A stretch of DNA of 64,000 bases from a virus, in the IMG/VR virus record IMGVR_UViG_3300031237_000251; one strand, written 5' to 3'. Below are positions 45,218-54,553 of the stretch, piece by piece. Under the pieces are notes generated by a model, which ran no database searches, had not been told where the DNA came from, and saw only the letters and a program-made list of their open reading frames with translations. The translations under genes and the position numbers were made by a program. Position 1 is the first letter of the stretch. Each line of letters begins with the position of its first letter.

Positions 45218-45439
45218 TCACAGACTGCAGGCCCGGCGGTATCCCTCCCGGCACCAGTTGTCCATCCACCGAACCCTGCGAAGCCCCGGGCGCAACGCCT
45301 CTTCCCAACTCGAACCCCGGTAACGGCGCATGCGGACCGTCTGCCACTTCAGACCTCGCTTCTCAGCCCAATCGATTGCTGTCTTGGTCACCCCACCCAA
45401 GGTCACCAACGTGTTGGTTGCGCAAATCGTGTTACTCAT
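45218..45439 (-). CDS. Small basic HTH-like protein, candidate late regulator
   Basis: GGVTKTAIDWAEKRGLKWQTVRMRRYRGSSWEEAL; last early gene before lysis. Confidence 0.6.
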   Translation of the reverse strand: MSNTICATNTLVTLGGVTKTAIDWAEKRGLKWQTVRMRRYRGSSWEEALRPGLRRVRWMDNWCREGYRRACSL

Positions 45440-45459
45440 CCCCTTCCCCCTCCACAACA

Positions 45460-45909
45460 TCATCGACTCCCAACTTCCAGCACCTGGAGCGGCACGATCC
45501 GGACACGCACACAGGGCGTCTCGGCGTACCGCTTGGAGATATGCGCATCGACTACCTGCACGTCGTCCTTCCAGACCACCCCGTTGAGGCCGTCGAAAAT
45601 GGCCTTGGTCACGTTGTCCGCATCGGGCTTCTTCGCCGGAAGCAGCTCGCCGGCCAGCGCCATGGACTTCCGTTTTTTCGACATGGATTGAGGGATGCTA
45701 AGCAGTATCCGCAGTTCGACCAGGACAGGCCCTTCGAGCAATGCGCGCTCGCCCATGGCCTCCTTGCCTGCCAGGGCAATCAGGCCCTCGTAGTTGGCGG
45801 TTTTCCCCGGCGTGTACATGCGCGCAAAGCCATTCCGAGCACTGACCCTGGGCCGTCCCTTCCCGATGGGCTCGCCAGGAACCACGAAACTGATCGGTGT
45901 CATGCTCAT
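45460..45909 (-). CDS. rusA: RusA-family Holliday junction resolvase
   Basis: VPGEPIGKGRPR...YTP, KKPDADNVTKAIFDGLNGVVWKDD. Confidence 0.9.
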   Translation of the reverse strand: MSMTPISFVVPGEPIGKGRPRVSARNGFARMYTPGKTANYEGLIALAGKEAMGERALLEGPVLVELRILLSIPQSMSKKRKSMALAGELLPAKKPDADNVTKAIFDGLNGVVWKDDVQVVDAHISKRYAETPCVRVRIVPLQVLEVGSR

Positions 45910-46640
45910 ACAGCCCGCACCTCCCGATGGATCCGCAGGCTGGCCAGCAGCTGGTTGCGGGCCTGGACTGCGGTGGCATCGACGAGCCCCTGCCGCTCCA
46001 GGCGCTCACGCATCTTGCGTTCGGCAAACTCGTCAGCCAGCTCGCGAATACTCCTGCCAAGGTCATGCTCGAGGGCACACACAACCGGGGCGTCCAGCGG
46101 CTCGCCATTGGCATAACGGCGAGCCATGGTCAGGTACTGGAATGCAAAGCGCTTGCGCAGACTCTCGTCGGTCAGCTCTCCACGGTGCAGGTCATACAGC
46201 CCAGTCGCAGCTGCTGCGGCCTTCACGACCAAGTGCCTATAGCGCCGTGCCAAGGCCTGATGAAATGCGCTTTCGATATCGGGCAAGCCAATGGCCTCGG
46301 GCTGGACGTTCAAGCACAGCCCTCGGAATTCAGGCGCAGACGGCGGCCATTTGTACGTCAGCGCGACGAGCATGTTCAGTCCGTGCGCAATCTGCCGACC
46401 GTTGATCCCCCTCAGAGCCGAAGCCCAGGCGCTAGCGGGGTCAGCTGATGCGCCAAAACTCGACGTCCAGCGGTGGCCGTAGAGCTCCGTCATCTTCAGC
46501 CATAGGCGCTCCAGCAGCTTGTCGGGCAGCTTCTCGGCGGGCGATGTCGGCTTTGACTCGGTCAACGGCGGAAAGAGAGCCTCGCTGATTAGGTCCCCGA
46601 TGGGCCTGGCTATGCTCGGGTTGTTCGGTTCTTGGTCCAT
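45906..46640 (-). CDS. Phage replication protein P-like (helicase loader)
   Basis: LWLKMTELYGHRWTSSFG...WPPSAPEFRGLC; overlaps the 3' end of the O-like gene. Confidence 0.75.
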   Translation of the reverse strand: MDQEPNNPSIARPIGDLISEALFPPLTESKPTSPAEKLPDKLLERLWLKMTELYGHRWTSSFGASADPASAWASALRGINGRQIAHGLNMLVALTYKWPPSAPEFRGLCLNVQPEAIGLPDIESAFHQALARRYRHLVVKAAAAATGLYDLHRGELTDESLRKRFAFQYLTMARRYANGEPLDAPVVCALEHDLGRSIRELADEFAERKMRERLERQGLVDATAVQARNQLLASLRIHREVRAV

Positions 46641-47406
46641 GGCTTGTGCTCCGACCGGCTTGTTCGTAACGCGTGGCACGCTTGATCGTCTGTGCCAGCT
46701 CGTGCTCCCACTGGCCTTGGGATTGGTGTTTGTCAGGACGGTTGACCCAGTACGACCGAAACTCCATCAGGCGCTCATCGGTCAGGTCGCCTGGGCTGAT
46801 GCCGTTGCGAGTGATCGTTGCCTTCCAGCCTCGCGGACTTGGTGTCCAGTCGTCGTGCATCGGGAAGCGCAGATCGGTTTCAGCTCTCACGCGCGAAGAA
46901 GAAGTAGGAGGATTAGGAGGAAGACCGGAGGTGGGCCCCACCTCTGGCCCCACCTCCGGAAAACCTGCGGCCCCAGCTTCTTCGTCAACTCCGCTGAAAG
47001 CCTGTAAATCCGGGGCTTCTGGCATTTCCTCTAAGGCCCCACCTATGGCCCCTCCTGGTGCCAACCTCTGGCCCCACCTCCCCGAGACGGATTTGTCCGA
47101 CGATGCGAGGGGGAGTCTGAAAACGAAGGGGCTTATCTCCGGGCAAGCGATCAGCATCCCAATCCGAATCAGGTAGTCGATCGCGTAACGGCATTCCTTC
47201 CTGCTTGCCTTATGGGCAGGCCTTCCAGGGGACGCGGGTGTACTCAGGAGCTCTCGAAGCATCTGCTCACTCAGGCGCCTCTCCAGACCAGCGATACCCG
47301 TCTTGAAGTCCATGCAGCGGCGAATGCCGCAATAGACTTTCAGCAGGTGATGCGACTCATCGAAGAGTGCATTCCACTCGGCGTCATTGATCAGGAAGCC
47401 CGGCAC
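46441..47406 (-). CDS. Phage replication initiator O-like, with a DnaT-like domain
   Basis: FPMHDDWTPS...LMEFRSYW...QWEHELAQ; follows cII. Confidence 0.8.
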   Translation of the reverse strand: MPGFLINDAEWNALFDESHHLLKVYCGIRRCMDFKTGIAGLERRLSEQMLRELLSTPASPGRPAHKASRKECRYAIDYLIRIGMLIACPEISPFVFRLPLASSDKSVSGRWGQRLAPGGAIGGALEEMPEAPDLQAFSGVDEEAGAAGFPEVGPEVGPTSGLPPNPPTSSSRVRAETDLRFPMHDDWTPSPRGWKATITRNGISPGDLTDERLMEFRSYWVNRPDKHQSQGQWEHELAQTIKRATRYEQAGRSTSHGPRTEQPEHSQAHRGPNQRGSLSAVDRVKADIARREAARQAAGAPMAEDDGALRPPLDVEFWRIS

Positions 47407-47409
47407 GAA

Positions 47410-47715
47410 TCAGTCCCACCCCAACGGTCCCGGGCGCTTCTTCTCTGCCTGCAGGCCCAGCTCGGCCAGCGTCTTCAGCGCCTGGATGTACTGCGGCGGA
47501 TGGCACTGAACATCGCTCGGAACGATGCGCAGGCCGAGCAGCGCAAGCACCCTGCACCAACGCTCGATCTCACCCTCCTTCCAGCGGCTCACCGTCGACT
47601 CACTCACGCCGATTGCATCGGCCACGGTCTTTTGCCCTACCGATAAAAGTCGCTTTAACGTCAGGGCTTCGGAATCCCGTGCCCTTGCATCCTGCTCGGG
47701 GCTTAATCCGCTCAT
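47410..47715 (-). CDS. cII: CII-family transcriptional activator
   Basis: GQKTVADAIGVSESTVSRWKEG HTH; located after cro. Confidence 0.8.
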   Translation of the reverse strand: MSGLSPEQDARARDSEALTLKRLLSVGQKTVADAIGVSESTVSRWKEGEIERWCRVLALLGLRIVPSDVQCHPPQYIQALKTLAELGLQAEKKRPGPLGWD

Positions 47716-47759
47716 GGTTTGTCTCCTGTGGAGGTGGCGCCAGATGGCGCGGCAAGGGG

Positions 47760-47963
47760 TCAGGCAACTGATTGAGTTGGCTCAGCCTGAGCATCAGGGC
47801 TGATTCCTGGCTTCAGCTTTCCATTCGTGATTTTTTCCAGTTGGTACTGTCGGAGCTCAGGTACCTCCTCCCCCCACTGCCGCACAGCTTCATAAGTGAT
47901 GCCAAGAGCGCGGGCCAGCGCTGGGATGGAGCCGAAGTAATCAATTGCCGTCTGGCGTTTCAT
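47760..47963 (-). CDS. cro: Cro-like repressor
   Basis: MKRQTAIDYFGSIPALARALGITYEAVRQWGEEVPELRQYQLE. Confidence 0.88.
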   Translation of the reverse strand: MKRQTAIDYFGSIPALARALGITYEAVRQWGEEVPELRQYQLEKITNGKLKPGISPDAQAEPTQSVA

Positions 47964-47982
47964 AAAGGATCTCCAATACTCA

Positions 47983-48041
47983 CAAGCCAAATTCAAGCAT
48001 GCTTGTATTTATTAAGCAAGCATGCTTTGCAAGCCTCCTTG
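47983..48041. promoter_or_regulatory. Rightward operator cluster (OR-like)
   Basis: CAAGCATGCTTG (47994-48005), CAAGCATGCTTT (48017-48028), CAAGCCTCCTTG (48030-48041) between divergent cro and cI. Confidence 0.8.
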
Positions 48042-48053
48042 TACATTGAGCCA

Positions 48054-48734
48054 ATGAACATCACTGAACGAATTGAAAAGCTCGTACTCGCTAGAAGGCC
48101 CCAAATCGGGGTCCGCGGCGTAAAGCGGGATATCTCTAAGACCTGCGGTATCAGCTACGAAGCGGTGCGCCAGTGGTTTGCAGGGGATACTGGAAATATC
48201 AAGAACGAGAACCTGCTCGCCATCGCTGCAGGCTATGACACGACTGTTGATTGGCTCCTATCGGGAGAGGGCGAGCCTCCTTTCAGGAGTGCTGAAGAGC
48301 CCAGCAACGTCCTGCCTGTGACTCAACCAGAGCGCCTCTATCGCTACCCAGTTGTCAGCGAAGTGCAGGCCGGCGCGTGGACTGATGCCGTTCAGCCCTA
48401 TGAGCCGGGTGCAGAAGATCAATTTGAACTGACCGATTACCAGGCCCGAGGTCCTGCCTTCTGGCTGAGGGTCAACGGCGACTCGATGACCTCTCTCACG
48501 CCGCCCAGCATTCCAGAGGGCTGCTTCGTGCTGGTCGATACCGGCTTAACCGCACAACCAGGCGATCTGGTGGTCGCCAAGCTTGATACCGAAGAGAAAG
48601 CCACCTTCAAGAAGTTGGTTTCCGATGCTGGCCAGCTCTATCTCAAGCCGCTGAACCCTGCTTATCGAGTGATCCCCATCGACGGAAATTGCCGACTGAT
48701 CGGGGTTGTGAAGGAAGCGAAAATGAAACTATGA
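48054..48734 (+). CDS. cI: CI-like repressor (HTH plus S24 autopeptidase)
   Basis: HTH ISYEAVRQW; cleavage-site-like VQAGAW; VNGDSM and ATFKKL catalytic motifs. Confidence 0.92.
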   Translation: MNITERIEKLVLARRPQIGVRGVKRDISKTCGISYEAVRQWFAGDTGNIKNENLLAIAAGYDTTVDWLLSGEGEPPFRSAEEPSNVLPVTQPERLYRYPVVSEVQAGAWTDAVQPYEPGAEDQFELTDYQARGPAFWLRVNGDSMTSLTPPSIPEGCFVLVDTGLTAQPGDLVVAKLDTEEKATFKKLVSDAGQLYLKPLNPAYRVIPIDGNCRLIGVVKEAKMKL

Positions 48735-48779
48735 GGTGAAAGAGCCCTCTGATGCACGGCTCAGATAGGAGGCACGCAG

Positions 48780-49013
48780 ATGATTAACCACAAAAAGATG
48801 CGCGAAGAGTTCGAAGCTTGGATGGAGCAGCGCTTTGGCGTAAATATCGAAAAAGTGCAGAGCGAATGTGGATCGCTACTTTTCGATGCCTGGCAAGCCT
48901 CCCGTGCAATGCTCGTTATTGAACTGCCAGCCGATGACCTGAGCCTTGAGCGAAGCAACGGAATCGACGAGTGCCGCGATGCCATTGCGGCCGCCGGCAT
49001 TCGTACCACCTGA
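48780..49013 (+). CDS. Small phage hypothetical protein, paralog of 56559-56822
   Basis: KMREEFE.W ... W.ASR....ELP ... AAGIRT shared with 56559. Confidence 0.7.
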   Translation: MINHKKMREEFEAWMEQRFGVNIEKVQSECGSLLFDAWQASRAMLVIELPADDLSLERSNGIDECRDAIAAAGIRTT

Positions 49014-49095
49014 GGCACCTACTTGAACGCCTCCCTTGGATACATCGAGGCAGGCCAGCCCGTATTCGCAGCGCAGCTAGCCTGCCTCGACTGTT

Positions 49096-50754
49096 TTAGA
49101 ACGTCTCCCAGTCCGACTCTGCGGCAACCGGTGCAGCCACCAGTTTGGTCTTCGCAGTAGTCGGCCTCGTTGGAGCAGCAATCCTCATAGATGGGCGATA
49201 CGATTCGCTGCTGCCAACCTTGAAGACTGCAACTGCAGCACGCAACTCTTCCGCCTGCTCAACCAGTGACTGTGATGCAGTCGAAGCCTCCTCGACCAGA
49301 ACAGCATTCTGATGCGTCACCTGATCCAGCTGGACCACGGCCGTATTGATTTGACCAATGCCGGAGCTCTGCTCTTCCGATGCTGCCGCAATCTCTTGCA
49401 TGAGGTCGGTCACGCGCTTCACCGCCTCAACAGCCTCGCCGATCGTGCTACCCGCCTCCTCGACGAGCTTTGAGCCGACACCAACTCGCGATACCGACTC
49501 GTGAATCAGGTCATGAATCTCCTTGGCCGCCGCTGCGCTACGCTGGGCAAGGGTGCGGATCTCTCCAGCCACTACGGCAAAACCGCGTCCATGCTCACCC
49601 GCACGCGCCGCCTCAACGGCTGCATTGAGCGCCAGGATGTTGGTCTGGAACGCAATACCCTCAATCACGCTGATGATTTCGGTCACTTTGGTCGAGCTGT
49701 TCGAGATCCCTTGCATGGTCTCAACGACCCGACCAACCACCTCGCCACCACGCTGCGCGATATCCGAAGCGGAAATGGCTAGCGCGGTCGCCTGCTTCGC
49801 ATTATCGGTATTGTGGTGAACCGTGCTCGTCAGTTCCTCCATACTCGAAGCTGTTTCCTGCAGCGAGGCAGCTTGCTCCTCTGTCCGTTGGGACAGATCG
49901 GTATTGCCATTCGCAATCTGCTCACTTGCAGACGCCACTGCCTCCGCATTCTGGCGAACACTAGACACAACCTTGACCAGGCTCGCCTGCATGTCCTTCA
50001 GGGCTCGCAGCAGTTCGGCAGTCTCATTCTCACCACTGGCATCGAACTGCAGACTCAAATCCCCATTGGCCACCGAGCGCGAGATCTCCACGGCCTTGCT
50101 TAGCGGACGAGTAACGGAGCGGATAATCCACATAGCCATGAATACAGCGATCACCACTGCCGCAATACCACACAGCCAGATGATGGCTTTCATGCTGGCA
50201 ATTTCGCCGAACGCCTGATTCGCAGACTCCTCCATCGCATTGTTCTGAAAAGCGATCAGGTCATCCAGCGTCGCAAGGTAAGCCAGTTGGGCTGGGCGCA
50301 CCTCGCCCAACAACACTCCCTTAGCCTCATTGATCTTTCCATCGACAATCAGGCCAACGAATTTAGCTTCCAATGCCACGAACTTGCGGCTTTTGTCCAC
50401 GGAGTTGGCAAGCAATGCCTTCCCTTTTTCAGTTCGAACTCGCGGCTCAAGCACTCCCCACTGCTCGGTGATGCCCTTGTGGGCCAACTCGACCTGCTTG
50501 AGTTGCTCCCTGATATCCGCAGGGTCATCCATGAGCAGCGTGTTACGCAGGTAACGAGCAATCTGATTTAAACCGTCCTTGGCATTGTTGAGCGCAGCGA
50601 TTTTCACATAACGGTCGTGCACCACCGTGTCGAAGGTGGCGTCTACATGATTGGCCTTGAATAGTGAGACACCGCCCATCAGGATGATCAGTAGTGTCAG
50701 GATGCCAAACCCGAGCTCGAGTCTGGTTGAGATTTTCATGTCGTTGAGATTCAT
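49096..50754 (-). CDS. Tar/Tsr-like methyl-accepting chemotaxis protein with C-terminal pentapeptide DWETF (MCP2)
   Basis: 2 TM, periplasmic helical sensor, HAMP, RTEEQAASLQETASSMEELT methylation helix, QTNILALNAAVEAARAGEHGRGFAVVA tip; ATG 50754 preferred. Confidence 0.93.
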   Translation of the reverse strand: MNLNDMKISTRLELGFGILTLLIILMGGVSLFKANHVDATFDTVVHDRYVKIAALNNAKDGLNQIARYLRNTLLMDDPADIREQLKQVELAHKGITEQWGVLEPRVRTEKGKALLANSVDKSRKFVALEAKFVGLIVDGKINEAKGVLLGEVRPAQLAYLATLDDLIAFQNNAMEESANQAFGEIASMKAIIWLCGIAAVVIAVFMAMWIIRSVTRPLSKAVEISRSVANGDLSLQFDASGENETAELLRALKDMQASLVKVVSSVRQNAEAVASASEQIANGNTDLSQRTEEQAASLQETASSMEELTSTVHHNTDNAKQATALAISASDIAQRGGEVVGRVVETMQGISNSSTKVTEIISVIEGIAFQTNILALNAAVEAARAGEHGRGFAVVAGEIRTLAQRSAAAAKEIHDLIHESVSRVGVGSKLVEEAGSTIGEAVEAVKRVTDLMQEIAAASEEQSSGIGQINTAVVQLDQVTHQNAVLVEEASTASQSLVEQAEELRAAVAVFKVGSSESYRPSMRIAAPTRPTTAKTKLVAAPVAAESDWETF

Positions 50755-50903
50755 ATCAGTCTCATTGGGGAATAACAGTCGATAGCGATCGCCAGCGTCA
50801 CTGGCTCGCCTGAGCTTCTTAAGAAGGGAAAGGTTGTGGGGGTTGATTCCTGCGTCTTGGATCGATGGACACCAAGACCTGAATATCTTTGTTATGCCCG
50901 ACT

Positions 50904-50929
50904 GATCGGCATACATGAGGAATTCTTAA
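50904..50929 (-). promoter_or_regulatory. Sigma28 (FliA)-type promoter for MCP2
   Basis: TTAAG-N14-GCCGATC versus consensus TCAAG-N14-GCCGATA. Confidence 0.65.
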
Positions 50930-51070
50930 GGGCAAAATAGAATTTTTTGCACTAAAAGCGAGCACTACAGCTGCCCCGCTCCAGGGCAGGGCTTCTCGTT
51001 TTCATAACGCCAACATGACGAAACATTCACGCACCTACCCTTAACCTACAAGGGTTGTGCTTTTCCATTT

Positions 51071-51098
51071 AGCCCCGCTCCCCCAGCGGGGCTTTTTA
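51071..51098 (+). terminator. Intrinsic terminator-like hairpin
   Basis: AGCCCCGCT-CCCCC-AGCGGGGCT-TTTT. Confidence 0.6.
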
Positions 51099-51161
51099 TT
51101 TCTACTTTCCCGACCACTCCTTCTGAGATAGCATTTTGCCTCTATCTGCAAGGAGCTCCGC

Positions 51162-51650
51162 ATGGCACGACGCCGCAATCCCGATTCCCTCTCCCACATT
51201 TGCCTACGCCTAACCCTAGCGGCCGGCTTCGGTCTCTTCATGTGGCTCGTAGCCGCGCAGGTCATTACCCGCACGTTCACGACCATGCAGGAAGACATGC
51301 TGGCCAGCAACAGAGCGGCCCAAACGCAGGCCCAGGCGAAGATGAGGGAGGCTCAAGCTCAGCAGGCCGCTCGGCAACATTCGCCCCAGCAGCGCCAGAC
51401 AATGTCCGTGTCTGAGGTGCAGCAGCCCACTGCTCCCAACAAGCCAGGCAGATCCGATGCCCTAAGACAGCAGGTCGAGCAGCAGAGGCTGAAAGATGCG
51501 GCCTGGGAGCAGTTCTACCAAGCGCCGAGGGGGTGTGATGTCTGGAGGAGTGACCAGCACATGGTCCAATGCCAGAACGATATGATGAAGGCTAAGCGTG
51601 AGTTCGAGCATCGCTGGGCTACTGGGGAGTTTGCTCAGCCAAGTTCCTAA
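51162..51650 (+). CDS. Membrane-anchored hypothetical protein
   Basis: N-terminal TM, Gln-rich linker, C-terminal WEQFY...GC...QCQN. Confidence 0.7.
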   Translation: MARRRNPDSLSHICLRLTLAAGFGLFMWLVAAQVITRTFTTMQEDMLASNRAAQTQAQAKMREAQAQQAARQHSPQQRQTMSVSEVQQPTAPNKPGRSDALRQQVEQQRLKDAAWEQFYQAPRGCDVWRSDQHMVQCQNDMMKAKREFEHRWATGEFAQPSS

Positions 51651-51924
51651 TTTCGATGTGAGCTCTCGCCTCCTGCAACTGCGCCCTCAGCCATACCCGC
51701 TCCTGCTCTGCAACCTGCGCCTGTACCTCTCGCAGAAACAACGCGAGGCGTAAGCGCCGCTCCGATAGAGATAGAGAATCCCATCCCCAGAATAGCCACT
51801 CCCCGTCCTGTGCATCCTGATCCTCTGACCCCGAAAGCACAGCAGGGCGCATCACCCTCTCCCAGCAGAGCCCTGTCATAAATAAACCGCAACAACCGAG
51901 AAACAATGAAAAGAGGTCGGTCAT
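51619..51924 (-). CDS. Hypothetical protein
   Basis: N-terminal hydrophobic segment and coiled C-terminus; convergent overlap. Confidence 0.5.
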   Translation of the reverse strand: MTDLFSLFLGCCGLFMTGLCWERVMRPAVLSGSEDQDAQDGEWLFWGWDSLSLSERRLRLALFLREVQAQVAEQERVWLRAQLQEARAHIEIRNLAEQTPQ

Positions 51925-52389
51925 CGCTAGATCGTCCCTGGTAGTGTCATGACTGCAATTTAACCGTGTCTTGTCATATTTCCGACAAATACAGCCTGAA
52001 ATTGTGACAAATCACACATAGATCCAATGGGTAATCACCAGGCAGCCGCCCCTCCAGGCCTCTACTCCATCGGGAAGAGATAGCAAAAAGACCATTACTG
52101 ATTCGTACCTAAAAAGCGGCTGCAGCCCCGTGCCGGGCGTTGATAAATCCGCTGTAGGTCAACTACGGCCTGTCGTGCACGGTATCTGCCGGCCTGTAGA
52201 GCTATGCCTCCATGCGCGTGCCCGGATAGTGCCGAGCCTGCCCACTAACCATTAGGCGAATTGCTACAACACCTGCAAGCGCCCTCAATAGGCCATCCTC
52301 GCGAGCCACGCTAGGGGCTATGAAGCGCCATCCGGGCTCGCGATGTTCATCCGTGCGCCGAACGGCGCTGTTTCACCCCTGGAGATAGC

Positions 52390-53676
52390 ATGACTGAGAA
52401 GAAAGCGCAGTTGATCATCGAAGGCCGGCAGCCGGTCGAGCTTCCAGTCCTGTCTGGCACACTCGGACCAGATGTCATCGATGTGCGGGCTTTATCGAGT
52501 ACGGGATGCTTCACCTACGACCCGGGCTTCATGTCCACCGCCTCCTGCTCGTCGAAGATCACCTACATCGACGGCGACAAGGGCATCCTGCTGCACCGTG
52601 GCTATCCCATCAAGCAGTTGGCCGAGCGTTCTGACTACTTGGAAACATGCTACCTGCTGCTGAACGGCGAACTGCCGGACGCCGCGCAGAAGACAGAATT
52701 CGTCGCAAAAGTGAAAGACCACACGCTGGTCCACGAGCAGATGCGCAGCTTCTTCAACGGGTTCCGCCGCGACGCCCACCCCATGGCTGTACTATGCGGT
52801 GCAGTTGGGGCACTCTCGGCCTTCTACCATGACTCCCTGGACATCACTAATCCGCAGCACCGGGATATTTCCGCGATTCGCCTGATAGCCAAGATGCCAA
52901 CCCTGGTGGCCATGGCCTACAAGTATTCGCATGGCCAACCGATGATGTACCCGGTCAACAGCCTGAGCTATGCAGAAAACTTCCTGCATATGATGTTCAA
53001 TACGCCAGCCCAGTCGAAACCAGTGAGCCCTGTGCTGGCCAGGGCCATGGACCGCATCTTCATCCTGCACGCCGACCACGAGCAAAACGCATCGACTTCC
53101 ACTGTGCGTTTGGCCGGCTCCTCGGGAGCCAATCCGTTCGCCTGTATCGCTGCGGGCATCGCCGCGCTGTGGGGCCCGTCGCATGGTGGCGCTAACGAAG
53201 CCGTGCTGCGGATGCTCAATGAGATCGGCGACGTGAAACACATCGAGCAGTACGTGGCCAAGGCCAAGGACAAGAACGACCCGTTCAAGCTGATGGGATT
53301 CGGTCACCGCGTCTACAAAAACTTCGACCCGCGCGCCAATGTCATGAAGCAGACCTGCGACGAGGTACTTAGCGAGCTAGGCATCAACGACCCGCTGCTG
53401 GAGTTGGCGATGAAGCTGGAGGAGATCGCCCGCCACGACGAATACTTCATCGAGCGCAACCTCTACCCGAACGTCGATTTCTACTCGGGAATCATCCTCA
53501 AGGCAGTCGGGATCCCGACCAACATGTTCACCGCCATATTTGCCCTAGCTCGGACCGCCGGCTGGATCTCGCACTGGAAGGAAATGGTCTCCGGACCGTA
53601 CAAGATTGGCCGCCCGCGCCAGCTGTACACTGGGCACACACAGCGCGATATCCTCCCGCTCGCTCAGCGTCGCTGA
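52390..53676 (+). CDS. gltA: Type II citrate synthase
   Basis: [47 protein letters not shown] and YPNVDFYSG with the catalytic His, His and Asp intact; RBS GGAG. Confidence 0.96.
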   Translation: MTEKKAQLIIEGRQPVELPVLSGTLGPDVIDVRALSSTGCFTYDPGFMSTASCSSKITYIDGDKGILLHRGYPIKQLAERSDYLETCYLLLNGELPDAAQKTEFVAKVKDHTLVHEQMRSFFNGFRRDAHPMAVLCGAVGALSAFYHDSLDITNPQHRDISAIRLIAKMPTLVAMAYKYSHGQPMMYPVNSLSYAENFLHMMFNTPAQSKPVSPVLARAMDRIFILHADHEQNASTSTVRLAGSSGANPFACIAAGIAALWGPSHGGANEAVLRMLNEIGDVKHIEQYVAKAKDKNDPFKLMGFGHRVYKNFDPRANVMKQTCDEVLSELGINDPLLELAMKLEEIARHDEYFIERNLYPNVDFYSGIILKAVGIPTNMFTAIFALARTAGWISHWKEMVSGPYKIGRPRQLYTGHTQRDILPLAQRR

Positions 53677-53758
53677 CTGCTATGGTCGGCAGGGAAAACC
53701 GGTGTTAGGTACGACGCCGGCTTTCGATGAACAGCCCCATTGGGTATGAAGCCCCCAA

Positions 53759-53790
53759 AGAAAAGGCCCCGACTAATGCCGGGGCCTTTC
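53759..53790. terminator. Bidirectional terminator between gltA and the flxA-like gene
   Basis: GAAAAGGCCCCG-ACTAATGC-CGGGGCCTTTC. Confidence 0.75.
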
Positions 53791-53804
53791 TCATTCAAGT
53801 GTCT

Positions 53805-54266
53805 TTAAGCAGTGGCAGATACCATATTGCCCGAGCTGCCAGAGCCTCCGCTCTTCAGTGCTTCGGAGAGCTGGCCGTAGGCCTGCTGTATAGATGCGTT
53901 GAGAGTGACGATCTGCGCCTGCAGCGATGTCTCGGTAATGGTCTTGGTTTGCTCGTCCTGGTTAGACGCCTCGACCTGCTGCAAGCGCTGCTGCAACTCC
54001 TGCAACTGCTTCTGCAGTTTAGCGATCTGCTCCTTGAGTGCTTTGACAGTGGGATCCTGGCTGTCGCTGCTATCGCTGGATTCCGAACTACCCCCGATGC
54101 CGCCTGCTTTGCCACTACCGGCCAGCGTCTGGACGTTAATGGTTGCGCTCGAGTTTGCGCCGCCACTCGGCCCCCGGGAGTTACTGCCCTGGACATTGCT
54201 CACATCGCCGGGGGTCTGGCTGTACGAAGAAACAACTTGGGGCGTTACTGCGGCGATACTCACCAT
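53805..54266 (-). CDS. FlxA-like family protein
   Basis: Ser/Gly-rich N-terminus, coiled coil VKALKEQIAKLQKQLQELQQRL...LQAQIVTLNASI. Confidence 0.65.
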   Translation of the reverse strand: MVSIAAVTPQVVSSYSQTPGDVSNVQGSNSRGPSGGANSSATINVQTLAGSGKAGGIGGSSESSDSSDSQDPTVKALKEQIAKLQKQLQELQQRLQQVEASNQDEQTKTITETSLQAQIVTLNASIQQAYGQLSEALKSGGSGSSGNMVSATA

Positions 54267-54346
54267 GATAGCTACCTACCTGAAAAGAACGGCGGTCTAA
54301 AGCGACCGCTCTACGACGGGCATTGTAAGCCCACTACTACGAATAG

Positions 54347-54372
54347 TATCGGCAGTCATTGGTGCGTCTTGA
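54347..54372 (-). promoter_or_regulatory. Sigma28 (FliA) promoter for the flxA-like gene
   Basis: Exact TCAAG-N14-GCCGATA, 80 nt upstream of the ATG. Confidence 0.8.
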
Positions 54373-54553
54373 GCCACGGAGGGGAAACTAAGCAGCACCC
54401 GCCATCCGGCTCTCGTAGGGAATGCGCAAACCATTATGCAACTGGTGGCTGTTTTTTAGCTGTTCCAGCGCCAGGTCTGATTTAAGTCTATAGGTAAGAT
54501 ACCGCCTGGATTTATCTTACTCGAAGCAACTACTCGGCCATACGAAGCACTAT

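Noticed and set aside
52003-52018. CRP/Vfr site upstream of gltA (TGTGA-CAAA-TCACA)
   Set aside because: The spacer is 4 nt rather than 6, so I cannot assign it; it may bind another regulator.
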